Shown: positions 12,570-26,006, counted from the stretch's first letter. The stretch: 64,000 nucleotides of DNA from Stegostoma tigrinum (GCF_030684315.1 NC_081362.1:8488589-8552588), one strand, 5' to 3'. The notes: a model not told the origin generated them from the sequence alone. Program-made: numbers and translations.

Positions 12570-13860
12570 TTTAAAATTATCCATTCAGGGAATGCAGGCA
12601 TCGCTGGCCAAGCAGCATTTATTGTCCATCCCTAATTGCCCAGAGGGTAGTTAAGATTCAACCACATTGCTGTGGATCTGGAGTCACAAGAAAGCCAGAC
12701 CAGGTGAGGATGGCAGGTTTCCTTCCCTAAAGGGCATCAGTGACCCTGATGGGGTTGTTTTTGCAACTACTGGTAGCGGGCACATGGCGACCCTTAGGCT
12801 GGCTTTAATTGAATTCAAATTCATAGAGTCATGCAGCACTGAAACAGACCCTTCAGTCCAAGGAGATCACACTGAACATGTTCCCAACCTAAAGCAGTCC
12901 CACTTGCTTGCATTCGACCCATATCCCTATTCATGAAGTTATCCAAATGTGTTTTAAATATTGTAACTGTACATGTATCCACCACCACCTCTGTCAGTTC
13001 ATTCCAAATACAAACGACTTTCTGTGTAAACAAGTTACCCTTCATGTCTTTTTTGAATCCTTCTCGTCTCCCTTAAAAAAAAAGAGTCCCCTAGTTTTGA
13101 ACGCCCCACCCTAGGGAAAAGACACTTGCTATTCACCTTATCTATGCCTTCAAAATTTTATAAACCTCAAGAAGGTCACCCCTCAACCTCCTCTGCTCCA
13201 GGGAAAAAAGTCCCAGCTTGCCTTTATAATTCAAAGCCTCCATTCCTGGCAAAAATCTGGTCAATCTTTTTTGAACCTTCTCCAAATTAATAGTACCATT
13301 CCTTTAGCAGGGTGACCAGAAGTGTACACAGTCTTCCAGTAAGAGGCTGCTCCAATGGCCTGCACAACCTCACCATCACCCAAGGTGCAATCCAAACCCA
13401 AGTTCCCAAAATATTTTCCTCAGGTAGTCAAGTGATACTCCCACTTATCCGCCAGCATCTCCTTACAACTTAAGGAACAACTAAAATTTGAAAGGCACCA
13501 GTTCAGTTATGGAAGAAGACTGAGTATGTACAAAATTCTGAGGTTATTATGGAACGGTGTTTCTTTTTGTGGGGAAGACCGGAACTGAGGGACAAAGTTT
13601 AAGAATTTCCCATTTAGTATGGATATGAGAATTCCTCTCCTCAGAGAGCTGGCATTCTCTTCTCCAGACACGAGTGGAGGCAAGATCATGGAATTTACTC
13701 AAGGCTGAGTTAGATAGACTTTCAACAGGCGAGGGACTTGAATGTGATGGTGAGGCAGGCAGGAAAGTGAGATCAAGACCACAACAGGATCAGGCCTTAT
13801 CTCACTGAATGGTGCAGCAGGCATAAGGGAGTTAACAGCTGACTCCAATTCCCATGTCCC
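12570..13860. mobile_element. SINE (~12570-12820, -), CR1 3' part (~12821-13375, -), old CR1 tail (~13540-13860, +)
   Basis: Similar to other copies in the window; KGNLFTQKVVCIWNEL motif. Confidence 0.8.
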
Positions 13861-14641
13861 CAGTGTTTCTACCACAGACAAGTAAAAGTAATAAAGGCAC
13901 CAGGAAGTGAGCAGGACAATGATGCTGGAGCACCTAACCATATTCTGAATCCAGCTGAGGATTAAAGACAGTGGGCTCAAAGTGTCCCCTTCTGCACTTA
14001 AATTTCTCTGTGATTCCGCCAAAATAATAAAACCAATCAGCACACAGAAGCTTCAAAATTACCTAAAGACTGAGAAATGGATTGAACTCCATTTCTACAA
14101 CTACAACTCGGCCCTAAAGTACAGGAGATACTCTGCTCAGATGGATAAATGTGGTTTCTGCAAATCTATGGCTCAAGAGGGAGCAGCACCGAGGAAACTC
14201 CAGCCATGGACTGAGGAGAGAAAGATCCCACTAGTCCCATGCTCTTGAAGAAGTAATCACCTCCCATGGTGACAGTGGAATTCCCACCTGACTTACTTTC
14301 CAAACAGCATTTGACTGAGATCTGTGTGAGAACATATGAGGGCAAGCTTGACCTAACCCGCCCATCGGAAAAGTGAAGGGATGGGGCCAATTGTCTTTTC
14401 TGTGCAGGTTATTATAAACTGTCATTGTTCAACGTAATAACAATGGGCATTCAGGGCAAGATCGGTAAAATGGATTAGACTGGAGATAATGAACAAAAAT
14501 TAGTTATCAAAGGAATTATATGAGGGTGACATTCTCAGCGATCACAGTGTTAAAGGACAGAGGTTGAAGATTGGTTAGACAGAGACCGGGCATATACTTT
14601 TCTAGTCTGAGCTTTATTTTAATTTAGATGCTGCAAAACAG

Positions 14642-14823
14642 NNNNNNNNNNNNNNNNNNNNNNNNNNNNNNNNNNNNNNNNNNNNNNNNNNNNNNNNNNN
14701 NNNNNNNNNNNNNNNNNNNNNNNNNNNNNNNNNNNNNNNNNNNNNNNNNNNNNNNNNNNNNNNNNNNNNNNNNNNNNNNNNNNNNNNNNNNNNNNNNNNN
14801 NNNNNNNNNNNNNNNNNNNNNNN
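14642..14823. other. Assembly gap (182 N) abutting a CA/CG purine-pyrimidine microsatellite (14824-14911)
   Basis: Directly visible. Confidence 0.99.
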
Positions 14824-14939
14824 ATGCACGCGGACGCACACACACACACACGCATGCACATGTGCACATACATGTGCGCGGACGCACACACACACAGGCG
14901 CGCACACACGCTTGCCAAATAAACTGGTACCATCAAAGG

Positions 14940-15298
14940 ATCATACAGTACAGAAGAGATTTTTGGGCCCATCAGATCTGCACCGACAAAACACTGCTTT
15001 AAACGTACACTAGTCCCACTGTGCAGCACTTGATTCACAGCTTCGAATGTTATTGCATTTCATGTGCTCATCCAAGTATTTTTTGAAGGTTGTGAGGTTT
15101 CTTGCCCTTGCTATCCTCCAAGGCAGTGCATTCCAGATTCCCATCACCCTCTGGGTACAAGAAATTTTCCTGAAATCACTTTTAAACTCCCTGCACTTCA
15201 CCTTAACATTATATCCCTTTATTAGTGACCCTTCAACTAAAGGAACCAGCTGCATCCTATCCAGCCTGTCCATGCCCCTCACAATCTTATACACAGTT
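14940..15298 (-). mobile_element. CR1 3' fragment
   Basis: ORF 15010-15294 (YKIVRGMDRLD...TQRVMGIWNALP). Confidence 0.85.
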
Positions 15299-15312
15299 AT
15301 TCCTTTTTTTGG

Positions 15313-15441
15313 AGAGAGTAAGAACTGTTGATTGTGGAGTCAGAGAAAACACAGTGTGGAGCTGGAGGAACACAGTAGGCCAGGCAGCATCAGAGAAGCA
15401 GGAAAGCTGGTGTTTCGGGGCGGGACCCTCATTCTGAAGAA
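15313..15441 (-). mobile_element. Penelope terminal-repeat derivative (family B) with degenerate hammerhead
   Basis: gtgtggagctggaggaacacagtaggccaggcagcatcagagaagcaggaaagctggtgtttcgggg is homologous to the 3' end of the element at 27.9-29.2 kb. Confidence 0.8.
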
Positions 15442-15442
15442 G

Positions 15443-16560
15443 TATTGTCCATTCCTAGTTGCCCTTGAGGCGGTGGTAGTGAGCTGCCTTCTTGAACCAC
15501 TGCAGTCCACCTGCTGTGGGTTGACCCCCAATATCCTTAGGGAGGGCATTCCAGGATTTTGACCCAGCAACACTGAAGGAACAGCAATATATTTCCAAGT
15601 CAGGATGGTGAGCGGCTTGGAGGGGAATTTGCAGGTGGTTGTGTTCCTATGTATCTGCTGCCCCTGTCCTTCAAGATGGAAGTGGTCATGGGCTTGGCAG
15701 GCGCTGTCTCAGGATCATGGGTGAATTTCTGCAGCAAAGTGTGCTGCTACTGAGCGTTGGTGGTGGAGGGAGTGGATGTTTGTGGGTGTGGTGCCAAACA
15801 AGTGGGCTGCTTTGGCCTGGATGGTATCAAGCTCCTTGAGTATTTTTGGAGCTGCACCCATCCCAGCAAATGGGGAGTCTTCCATCCTGACTTGTGCCTT
15901 GTAGATGGTGGGACATGCTTTGAGGAGTCAGGAGGTGGGTTACTCGCCACAGTACCTCTGGCTTCTGACCAGCTTTTGTAGTCACTGTGTTTCTGTGGTG
16001 AGTCCAGTTGAGTTTCTGGTCAAGGGCAACACCCAGGGCGTTGAAAGTGAAGGATACTTTGATATTGCCGCCATTGAATGTCAAAGTGCGGTGATTTGAT
16101 TGTGCCTTATTCGTAATGGCCACAGCCTGGCATTTGAGTGGCACACGTTACTTGCTACTCACTGGCCGAAGCCCGGATATTGTCCAGATGTTGTCAGACA
16201 GATGGACTGCTTCAGCATCTGAGGAGTCGCGGACGGTGCTGAACATTGCGCAATCATTGGTAAACATCCCCACTTCTGATCTTACGATAGTGGGACAGTC
16301 ATTGACGAAGTGACTGAAGATAATTGGGCCTAGGACACTACCCTGAGGAACTCCTGCAGAGATGTCCTGGAGCTGAGATGACTGACCTCCAACATCTACA
16401 ACCATCTTCCTGTGTGTCCGGTATGACTCCATGCAGTGGAGAGTTTGCCCCTGATACCCACGGATTCCCATTTTGCTAGGGTCCTTGATGCTGCAATCAG
16501 TTGAAGGCAGCTTTGGTGTTAAGGTCCATCGCTCAGACTTCATGTTCATTCTGTTTGGTC
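15443..16560 (-). mobile_element. Second CR1-clade LINE family, RT C-terminal half and 3' end
   Basis: AGVPQGSVLGPIIFSHFVND...VGMFTNDC RT motifs. Other fragments lie at ~31600-31985, 45640-46195, 53060-53730 and 55520-55660. Confidence 0.85.
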
Positions 16561-16989
16561 TCAGGCATTCCTGCCAAACCCTGGATGATAACACAGAGTA
16601 GGAATCATATATATATCCAATTTATAAGACTTTGATTCGGGAGTGTTGGCCTGTACTCAAAGTAGTGGCTGAGTTTGCGGCAGCAGCTCAGAGTCTAAAT
16701 TAGAGCTTGGCAAAATATGGAGCTGTCCTTCTAGTGCCATTGATGCCATGCTGGAAAGACTGAGATCACTTCTGCATCAAATAAACCCATACATCAAACT
16801 CTTTTGATCATTATTTCCAAATAAATGAGTCACCGCTTTATTTAAATATTCTTAGGATAATTTGCTCGAGCCAAGTTCATCACATTTGAAGCTCTGTGAG
16901 TGAGAGGCTTTTCTTTCCAGTTTTGAGATTTGTTTTCCTTGCTGGCAATTTTAGGATATTTCCCTCTTTTTTTTTCTTTTTCCAACAAA

Positions 16990-17530
16990 CTTCAATTCAT
17001 ATCATGTCTTTTGCAACATCGGGTTGTCTTAAGGATTTTATAGCAAATTCAGTACTTTTTAAGTGTACTCTATGATGCCCTGCAGGAAACATAGCAATTT
17101 GTACACAGCAAGCTCCCACAAACAGTAATGTGATGACTAAATAAGCTGTTTCTAGTGATGTGATAATGGGAACCGCAGATGCTGGAGAATCCGAGATAAC
17201 AAAGTGTGGAGCTGGATGAACACAGCAGGCCTAGACCCAAAACGTCAGCTTTTGTGCTCCTGAGATGCTGCTTGGCCTGCTCCACACTTTGTTATCTCTG
17301 TTTTTAGTGATGTTGCTCAAAGGATAAAGCACTCAGGATGCTGTTGTTTCCTTTCTTTCAAAGTGTTAGGCATAACTTTTATATTCACCAGGGAGTGGAG
17401 ACAGGGCTTCAGTTTAATGCCTCATCTGAAGACAATCCCTCCCACAGAGCAGCACTCCCTCAGTCCAGACATTTGTGTTTCAGGACTTCCACTTTTCTGA
17501 ATCTGGCCATAGTGCCAGCTACTGAATTTA
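16990..17530 (-). mobile_element. Deu-domain SINE (SacSINE1/AmnSINE1-like), interrupted by a Penelope-derived insert
   Basis: The reverse complement contains ctgagggagtgctgc...gatgaggcattaaac and tgtttgtgggagcttgctgtg, typical of the Deu domain. Further copies lie at ~23590-23790 and ~47570-48030. Confidence 0.7.
17162..17297. mobile_element. Palindromic Penelope-derived mini-element (family A), 16-bp TSD
   Basis: TSD ctgttt(c/t)tagtgatgt at 17146-17161 and 17298-17313; inverted arms. Confidence 0.9.
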
Positions 17531-19378
17531 GGCCAACATCACAGGCACAATCATATTGAAAGGCAATGAGGAGATAGATCAGAAATCCAACTGTAACTGA
17601 AACATTCAGGAGGCAGACGATAGTGTGGTGGTAATCCTACTGGACCAGTAATTCATAGGTCTCAGCTCGAGCTCCAGGGTCCTGGGTTTAAGTCCAACTC
17701 CAGCAACTAGTCGAATTTAAATTCCACAAACTAAAAAGAAACTTTAATATAAAGCATCATAAATATCCAAATTCTTTTTTATTGCTCGAAGCCCTCCTGG
17801 TTCACTCTTGCCTTTCGCGGAGATGAAGCCCTGTTGTCCTGAGAAGTCTGATTTGGACGTGACTCCAGGCTCACAGAGTATGGTCAACTCTCTAGTGATC
17901 TCTGAAATGGCCTGGCGAGTCACATTGGTCGCAGGGAATTGGGCAACAAATGCCAGTTGGCATCCACATCCCACAAAACAGGGAGAAAAAAAAAGAAAAG
18001 GGAGCAGAAGCTGATTAAGGTGGAAGACATGAAAAGCAAGGCTTGCACTATGAATTTCGAAGAGCGCCCAGGGGTTTCCACTAAAGAACCTTGTGGCAAT
18101 GCCCAAGTTACGCCACAGGAGATGGCTCTGTGGGTGTGACAGTCGGTGTGGTGGGAGATGAAAGATGATGCAGCAGGGAGCGAATGAAGCAGCAAATATA
18201 GATTATTCCACCCTGACATGACCCTCGATCTCAGTACACTTTGAGGCCAGATTGAAGTTCTTGGCTGATGCAGGTCAGTTTAGGATCTGCGTTAGTCACA
18301 AGAACGTCGTCCTCCAGTAGGCGTCTAAGTGTCTGAGGTAGTACTGCTGCTGACCATTACGGTGAGCACCTCACCCGTTGTTCTCTTCAGGCTAGCCATG
18401 GAGATCAAAAACAATAGCAGCTCTCACATGTAGCAGAGAGATGAACAGTGTATACTGTCCCACTGAACAGCGACGCCTATTCAGCACTGAAGAAAGCACT
18501 GATGGCAGCCAATCTCAAGCCGATGGTGCGTGTCGGGAAGTGGGTCTTGCAGGTGGAAAGGGTTTAATTTCCAAAAACCCTTTGAAAGTTTAGGTAGGTT
18601 GAGGATATCAATGATAAATTACAGCTGGAATGCCTGCCCTCATCCAGCAATGATACTTAACAATCAGCAATGAGTGGTCTTGATGGGAGTCACAGTTAAT
18701 TTGGAACATATTGAAAGCCATATACCTTTCGGCCATCGATCTCAATGGTTTTCAACCAGTGTGCCTCAGCACACTGCTGTGTTGTGAGAGTTGCCCAAGC
18801 ATGCCTTGAACTGTTGTCCAAAAACACGGAAACTCTGTTTCCTGAGAAATGACTCATAGCCAAATTAAACCAGAACTCATGAAAATCAGCCATCAAATTC
18901 AAAGTGAGGTATTGGTCTCTCGATTCTGAAATGTGGGAACAATTGCAAAGGGGCCACGGGTAAAATTGAGATCCCTGTGGTAGTTTAAATAGGTGAGCAA
19001 ACAATAGCTTTTGTGCTCTTTTGGTGGAAATGAGATGAAATGGGGAGACCTCATCGATGGAGCAAGATCTGCAGTGGCACTCTCATCAACTCGTCACTGG
19101 ATCAGAAGCCTCTGTGCACACAGTAGAGACAGGTTTCCCTCAAACCCATTCAACTACAATTGACTCTGCATTTTGCCCTGATCCACTGAATTACAATGAT
19201 GTTCAATGCAGTGTGTGGAACATATTTGGGTCCATTAGCAGTTAGAAATAGTTGAGTTGAGTTGAGAGGAGCAGATTGTGAAAATGTGCTGTTATGACAC
19301 GTGAAGCATTCACGCATTTGATTCTTCTTAAGCTCGTCATGTGCACTCGGTTGCAAACCCAAGGCTGTAACCACAGTA

Positions 19379-19602
19379 TCAGAGATAATGGGAACTGCAG
19401 ATGCTGGAGAATTCCAAGATAATAAAATGTGAGGCTGGATGAACACAGCAGGCCAAGCAGCATCTCAGGAGCACAAAAGCTGACGTTTCGGGCCTAGACG
19501 CTTCATCAAAGATGAAGGGTCTAGGCCCGAAACGTCAGCTTTTGTGCTCCTGAGATGCTGCTTGGCCTGCTGTGTTCATCCAGCCTCACATTTTATTATC
19601 TT
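19379..19602. mobile_element. Palindromic Penelope-derived mini-element (family A) with two head-to-head hammerhead motifs, perfect 15-bp TSD
   Basis: Arms 19415-19507 and 19511-19603 (93 bp, 1 mismatch, aaa spacer). TSD gctgtaaccacagta at 19364-19378 and 19603-19617. Confidence 0.95.
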
Positions 19603-20635
19603 GCTGTAACCACAGTAATATGCTGAGAAAAGTTGATGTGCCATGGAACTGTCTGTCTCATTGAAGTGTGCCACGTTATTGATCCACCTCTTAAATGGCA
19701 GTCTTAACACTGAAGCTTCCTTAAGGTTTACCATCACGGTCCAAATCCATGCCCAGGTTGTGCAATTATTGTGCTCAGCACTGACACATTGTACAATGTC
19801 AAGTCACTCTCGGAGCACTATACTGGAAGGACCAAAAGAAAAGCAATTTTCCTCACGGCAACAACACCACTGCCACAGTCAAACAGAATGCTTTGCTGCA
19901 CCCTGTCTCCTGTCTCAATTTATCCTTCCTTTGCATTGCGTTTGTCAGATCTCTCTTCACCACCAACTTTCAGGGAAGGAATTTTAAAAACAAAATTAGA
20001 ATGGCTTAAATCTTGACTTGAACCCACTGAAGACTGCCCGTATTTGCAAGTTCCAACTACTGTAGGTAGGAAGGGTTGACTTTCAGAAGTCTTGGCTACT
20101 TAGTCTAGCACCAAAGAAGAAAAGGCCAAGTTTATTACATCAAAGCTAAGCAACTTGGAGCTTTGGAACAGAAGGTGGAACAAACAAAGGCAGAGTGTTA
20201 AATAATAAAACATAGTACGAGTCATCACCATAAAACAACATAAATGTAAAGCTCATGGTGACAAAATACAACAGAAAGAAAAATGGAACTTTTAGATAGA
20301 TATAACATCTAACAGAAGATAAAATCTATGGGGATCATACTTACAGAAAAGATTTGACAGGACAAAAGGAAAATCTGGCAAGATTGGAACTTGGCATTCC
20401 CACTTAACGTAACAGCCGGCTTCCTAATTTTTTTTTGTTCGCTTTGCAACTGACTAAATTGGCAGGCTGAAAACTGGCTGGGAAAGCCACTAGCTTCAGG
20501 TTTGTGGTCAGGAGCTAATGAGGAGGCTCACCAACAATTTGAATGAGGTGGGAGCCAAAGTCTGGGGTTTGTTGATTTGTGGATACAGAGGGAGACTTTG
20601 CATGAAAGGGCAAGAAATCAGAGCTAGAACAGGGA

Positions 20636-20785
20636 TAATGGGAACCGCAGATGTTGGAGAATCCGAGATAACAAAGTGTGGAGCTGGATGAACACAGCAG
20701 GCCAAGCAACATCTTAGGAGCACAAAAGCTCCTAAGTGCTCCTAAGATGCTGCTTGGCCTGCTGTGTTCATCCAGCTCCACACTT
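20636..20785. mobile_element. Palindromic Penelope-derived mini-element (family A) lacking the ribozyme centre, perfect 15-bp TSD
   Basis: TSD gagctagaacaggga at 20621-20635 and 20786-20800. Confidence 0.93.
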
Positions 20786-21774
20786 GAGCTAGAACAGGGA
20801 AAGGTATGGGGGAGGCAGGGTCGAAGTAATTTCTCCTTAACGCTGATAACTCTTCTTCCAGATGTACTCGAGAACTATGTTTTGATTTTTGAAGACCCAC
20901 ACTGGTCTTCGGGGCGCTTTTTCCATTTTTGCTCATTGCTTCTTCAGGAGATGTAGTCACATAGTAATATTCTGTACTTGTGTTGACATATTGGGCATGG
21001 AGGCTTGTGCAGAGGAACAACTGGATGAATTCAACAGTATACTCAATTATCACCAGCGGTCAATTAAACAAAGCCTCAAAACACAAGGAAAGCATTAATT
21101 TCCCCAACTCCCACTGCATTTTAATTGGCACAAGGCAACTGTCAGAAGTTAGAAACACAAGCAATATTTTTTTTAAAAAGTAACTGACACATACAACCAA
21201 ACATAAAAAGTCCTCATGATGGACTGGTTGGGCCGTAGATGAATTGTCATCTGTTTGTTTCTAAGACAGCCACTGCATCTTCAATAGTTCACAATTGAAA
21301 TAGATTGAGCAGTGATAACACGTAAGTACAAATATTGATGAAACTAAATTGCTCAGTATTAAATTATCCACATCAACACTTGAGCATCCACTGCAATTTT
21401 CCCTATACAACAGTTCCTGACCTTCACAGGAGCCTTAAGCTGGAAACTCCATATTTATTTGCAAGGAATTCATTATAATAAAAGAGTTCAAGTTTTCTTG
21501 GTTCCCAGTTAGTTTAGTATTCTTTCCTTGAAAATATTTACAGGAGGTCTCTCCTCTCTGCAGCTTCACTCCCCAGTTGTCCCCGAACTCCTGGGTCTCG
21601 GATAAATCAATCTTCCCTCCTGTCCTCACCCTGCAGCTGACTCTGTGTCCTCCAGCACTGGAAATCGCACAAACTGGCACCACTCGCTTTACGCTGCTCC
21701 AATCCAATCACAGGTTGGTGCTTCCAGGTGTTTGCTGCTTCAATTCCTCAGGACTACTCAAGGAACCTTTAAGG

Positions 21775-22545
21775 AACACAGAGTCCTATAGCATGGAAAC
21801 AGACCCTTCAGTCTAACCAGCCCATGCCGATCATAAGTCCAAACTAACCTAGTCTCACCGGCCTGCTCCTGACCCATAGCCCTTCAAATCTTTCCTATTC
21901 ATGAACTTTTCTAAGTGTTTTTTAAATGTTGTAATTGTGCCCACATTCATCACTTCCTCAAGAAGTTCATTCCACAAGCAAACCACCTCCTGTGTAAAAA
22001 GTTTGCCCTTCATATCTTTTTTAAAACTCTCCCCACTTACCTTAAAAATATGCCCCCTAGTCTTGAAATCCCCATCCTAGGGAAAAGACATCTACCATTT
22101 ACCTCATCAGTATCTGTCATGATTTTATAAATCTTCCTATGGTCCTCTCAACCTCCTACTCTCCAGTGAAAACAGTCTCAGTCTGTCCAGCCTTGCTTTT
22201 ACATTCAAACCTTCCATACCCAGCAGCATCCGGGTACATTTCCTCTGAACCCTCTCCAGCAAATTAATATCCGTCCTCCAACAGCGAAACCAGAATTGGA
22301 TACAGTACTCTAAAAGATGCCTCACCAAAGTCCTGTACAACCTCAACATGACGTCCCAACTCCTCGACTGAAAGGACTGAGCAATGAAGGAAAGTGTGCT
22401 AAATGCCCTTTTAACTCCCCTGTCTGCGTGTGATGCAAACTTCAAAGAATTATGTACTTGAATTTCTAAGCCCCTCTATTCTACAATACTTACCCAAGGC
22501 CCTACCATTAATTGTACTGTCTCTGTTTGTTGTACCAAAATGCAA
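21775..22545 (-). mobile_element. CR1 LINE 3' portion
   Basis: ORF 22137-22445 (MLRLYRTLVRHLLEYCIQFW...LERVQRK). Confidence 0.9.
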
Positions 22546-23796
22546 TCTGTATTCCCAGGTGGGCACAAAAGATAGCACCTTGCACTTCTCCAAGAACAGG
22601 TACGGCAGCTCAGTGGTTAGCGAGGTTGCTGTATGGGGCCTGAGGGGTCATGGTCACGGTTGAATTTTGGGGTTTTTGGCAGCAAAGTTGCCTGCTGCTG
22701 CGGTGTGTTTTGATCCTTGGTGAAGGGGCGGTTTCGGCTGGGAGCAGAGGCGTTGATCCAGAAATCGAGAAGTATTCTTGCTATTCTTGGCCCAGAAGGA
22801 GAACTGTGAAATACATTTGCCTCCCAAAGCAAGTAAACCCCAACCTCCACTCGCTGGCAGGTTTCCCGTACCAGTGGAAAGCAGACCAGCTACTCCTAAA
22901 CTGTAATCAGGTTTCCACATGCACTGCAGCAGCCCAATTTAAACATGTTAATGAGGTATTAGTATTTTGGAAGTACATTAAGCTGGCTAATATATTGACC
23001 CGTGTCATGACAACATTAGTGAATTTCAACACACATCCTAAATAGGGAAGGTAAAACTGGCACAAGCCATTATGAATTTAGTGAAGAGCTCCACAAGTAA
23101 TTACAATGCAGAACTTGGATTCACAAAAGCTACTTCAACGTCAGTGGTCAGCTACAACTGTGTGCAATTGTCACATTCTCCGTCATTATCTGCTGCATAA
23201 CATATGATCAGAACTAACAAGCACTTCCGAGAGAGAGGAGCTGCTAAGCCCAATAAAATCTGCTTCATCCTACTCACTGGCAGTCACGATAACTTCATCA
23301 TGCATTTTCTCCCTGCTAAATGATCTCCACGTGAATTGAAAAGTTGAAACCAGGTCAACAATTTTTGCACACAGGTCAAATGTCTGCAATAAAATGTCAA
23401 GCCTTTCAATCGCTAAGGTCTGTCAGTCTCCCAAAATTAAGCCTTGCCAAGAGATCACATTCCAAACTTATTTTTTTGAACCCATATTGAAGTGACACTG
23501 ACATATGTATTTCAAAGAAGTAACACTATTCTTGAGTAAGTGTTGGACTAATTTTCTGGTTTCCAAATATACTAAGGAATGTTATAAGGAGTCAGCGTGG
23601 GCCTTGTTAATATCAGTCTCTCAGACAGAAGGTTGGCGAGTTAAGTACCACTCAAGAACATAATCTAGCAAATATTTCAGTGCGGTACCACACAGTGATG
23701 CATTGTCAAGGAAGACATCTACTGGATGCTCCACCAAGGTCCAATCTGCAGTGACAGGTGGACCCAAAAAGTAGACCACTGCAATTCTCCAAGAAA

Positions 23797-24092
23797 GGTG
23801 CAGCGGCTCAGTGGTTAGAAGTGCTGGCTCACAGCACCGTGAACTTGGGTTCGAGTCCAGCCTCTGACGACTGTCCGTGTGGAGTTTGAATGTTCTCCCT
23901 GTGACCCTGGCTGTTCCAGTTTCCTCTCACAGTCCAAAGGTGTGCAGGTTAGGTGGATTGGCCATGCCAAATTGGCCTGTCACATCCAGGCAAGTGCAGG
24001 TTAGGTAAATGTCAGGTGAGGGCTGCTGGATCTTGGGGTGCTCTTTGGATGACTGATGGGCTGAATGGCCTATTTAAACAATGTAGGAGTTC
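23797..24092 (+). mobile_element. HE1 SINE
   Basis: gcggctcagtggttag head and V-domain. Confidence 0.85.
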
Positions 24093-24930
24093 TATCGTTT
24101 ATTGATGACTTTTGCTAAAAATTATCCCTTGACCAGCCACGATTGTACTCAACGCTAGAGCAGACTCAATTGGCTAGTCGGCATGGAAGAGTTGGACCAA
24201 AGGGTCTGTTTCTGCACTGTACATCTCAATGTCTCTATTTCTGTCTTAAAAATGTACATCCCCTTATGCTAAAATAATGCCCTCTGGTCCAAGGATATCC
24301 CATGAGGAAGCAAAAAGCCTTTCCATATCTATCCTGTCAATTCCTCTAAAAATCTTGCATGTTTCAATAAAGTTGCCTCTCACTCTTCTATATCCCTTGC
24401 AGCTACTGGGAATCCATGGGCAATTTAAAAAAAACCCTGTCCCAATACAGGCACACTGCTGCCTTGAAAAGATGGTACTCTGCAACATGCTGCTGCGGAC
24501 AGCTTGGTTAGCATGGCTAGTTCTGAAGGGAGGACAGAGTAATAATACATAATACAGGAAATTTGACAGTATCAGAGACAGTGTTAACATGAACGGATGA
24601 TGCCAGGGCTAGCTGTTTTTCTTCACAGAGTATTGATTTCCAATAGAATTGATCGTGGAAAGTCAGTGGACCTGCTGCATTATAACATCAGAATGGCAAG
24701 CCGACGTAAAGCATAATGTAATATGCTACCAATACAAGAGAACTATGTTTTACTTGTTTTGTCATTTTAAGGTCACAGTGTTTGACTCCTGTAAGTAAAA
24801 GCTATTTCACAGCATAATATATCAAGGTAGAAGGGTGTACAGCCTCTCAAACATTTCCATCACTTAATAAGACCATGGCTGATCATTTACCTTTATTCTA
24901 TTTACACTAGATCCCCATTTCTCTTGTAAA

Positions 24931-25095
24931 AACCGAAAGAACTGCAGATGCTGTAAATCAGGAACAAAAACAAAGTTACTGGAAAGTCTGAGCAGGTCAG
25001 GCAGCATCTGTGAAAAAAAAGAAGAGTTAACATTTCAGGTCTGGTGACCCTTCCTTCCTCAGAACTCTTGTTCCAAGAAAAGGTCACCAGACCCG
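24931..25095 (-). mobile_element. Penelope-type terminal-repeat derivative (family C) with a hammerhead motif and short inverted arm
   Basis: The minus strand reads agagtt-CTGAGGA-aggaagggtcaccagacct-GAAA-tgtt-aactct, giving a 6-bp stem I (agagtt/aactct). Related copies lie at ~25654-25748, 29856-30195, 37846-37920, 50105-50195, 53755-53950, 55145-55283 and 63797-63930. Confidence 0.8.
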
Positions 25096-26006
25096 TTTTT
25101 CTTGTTTCCCCTTGTGCCTGAAAAATCTCAATCCTGAGTAAATTTGACCCAAGGCTATAATTAGGCAGAATCGTATCCACGAATTGGCTGAAGGCCCAAA
25201 CTCGGCATTCCTGCCGACCGGCACTCCGATGTGGTAAATTCGTGCCTGGTCCAGGACCCCATGCTGCCTGGGCTGACGTTAAGAGACAAGGGTCATCTAA
25301 ACTCATTTCTCAACCCACCCACCCCCACAGCATCACCAAACAACACCAAACCTTCCCAATAGTACTCCTCCATCCTGGAAGCCCAGGAGAAAGGTGTCCT
25401 AGCAGCAGGCCCTGCCTCTATCAAACCTCTGCAGCTCCAGGTGAAAAGACCTTCCCAGTCCAAGAGATCCTGCAGGCTTTCTCACTCTCATTGGTGCAGG
25501 TTCCCTTTCTGGAAGCTGTCGCCCCCTTCACGTCTAGAATGGAAATGGGAAAATCTCAGCTTGCGGTTGTGTAAGAAAGATTCGGAAGGTGCTTGTCAAC
25601 TTATAGTTTCAGTTTGTTTTTAATACAGAGAGAACAAAACAACTTGAAATGATCTGAGGAAGGGTCACTTGACCTGAAACACTAACTCTTATTTCTCTCC
25701 ACAGATGCTGTTGACCTGCTGAGCTTTTCTAGCAATTTCTGTTTTTGAGCCTGAAATTATTACTTTTTTATTCCAAGATATATCGTTTGGCACTTTGAGA
25801 AGGATGGCTTGTAAAACATGGCATCTGAAGTGTGGTGTATGCTCAGTAAACATTTATAGAGAGAAAAATGGCCATTGAGGTAGTCAGGGGATACTTTATG
25901 GGGACTGCATTTACCATATGAACTGAGGTGCTAAAGAACAATAACATTTTAAAACTGCCAGTGGAATACGAATTGGGGTCACTGTTAACCAGAGTAGTTA
26001 TCTCTT

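Noticed and set aside
14614-15038. ORFs spanning the N-run
   Set aside because: Artefacts of the assembly gap and the adjacent dinucleotide repeat.
16748-16807. Peptide MLERLRSLLHQINPYIKLF resembling a Helitron Rep segment
   Set aside because: Very short, bounded by stops, with no other Helitron motifs nearby.
19730-19845. Strong minus-strand acceptor with a downstream donor
   Set aside because: All three frames contain stops; likely a pseudo-exon.
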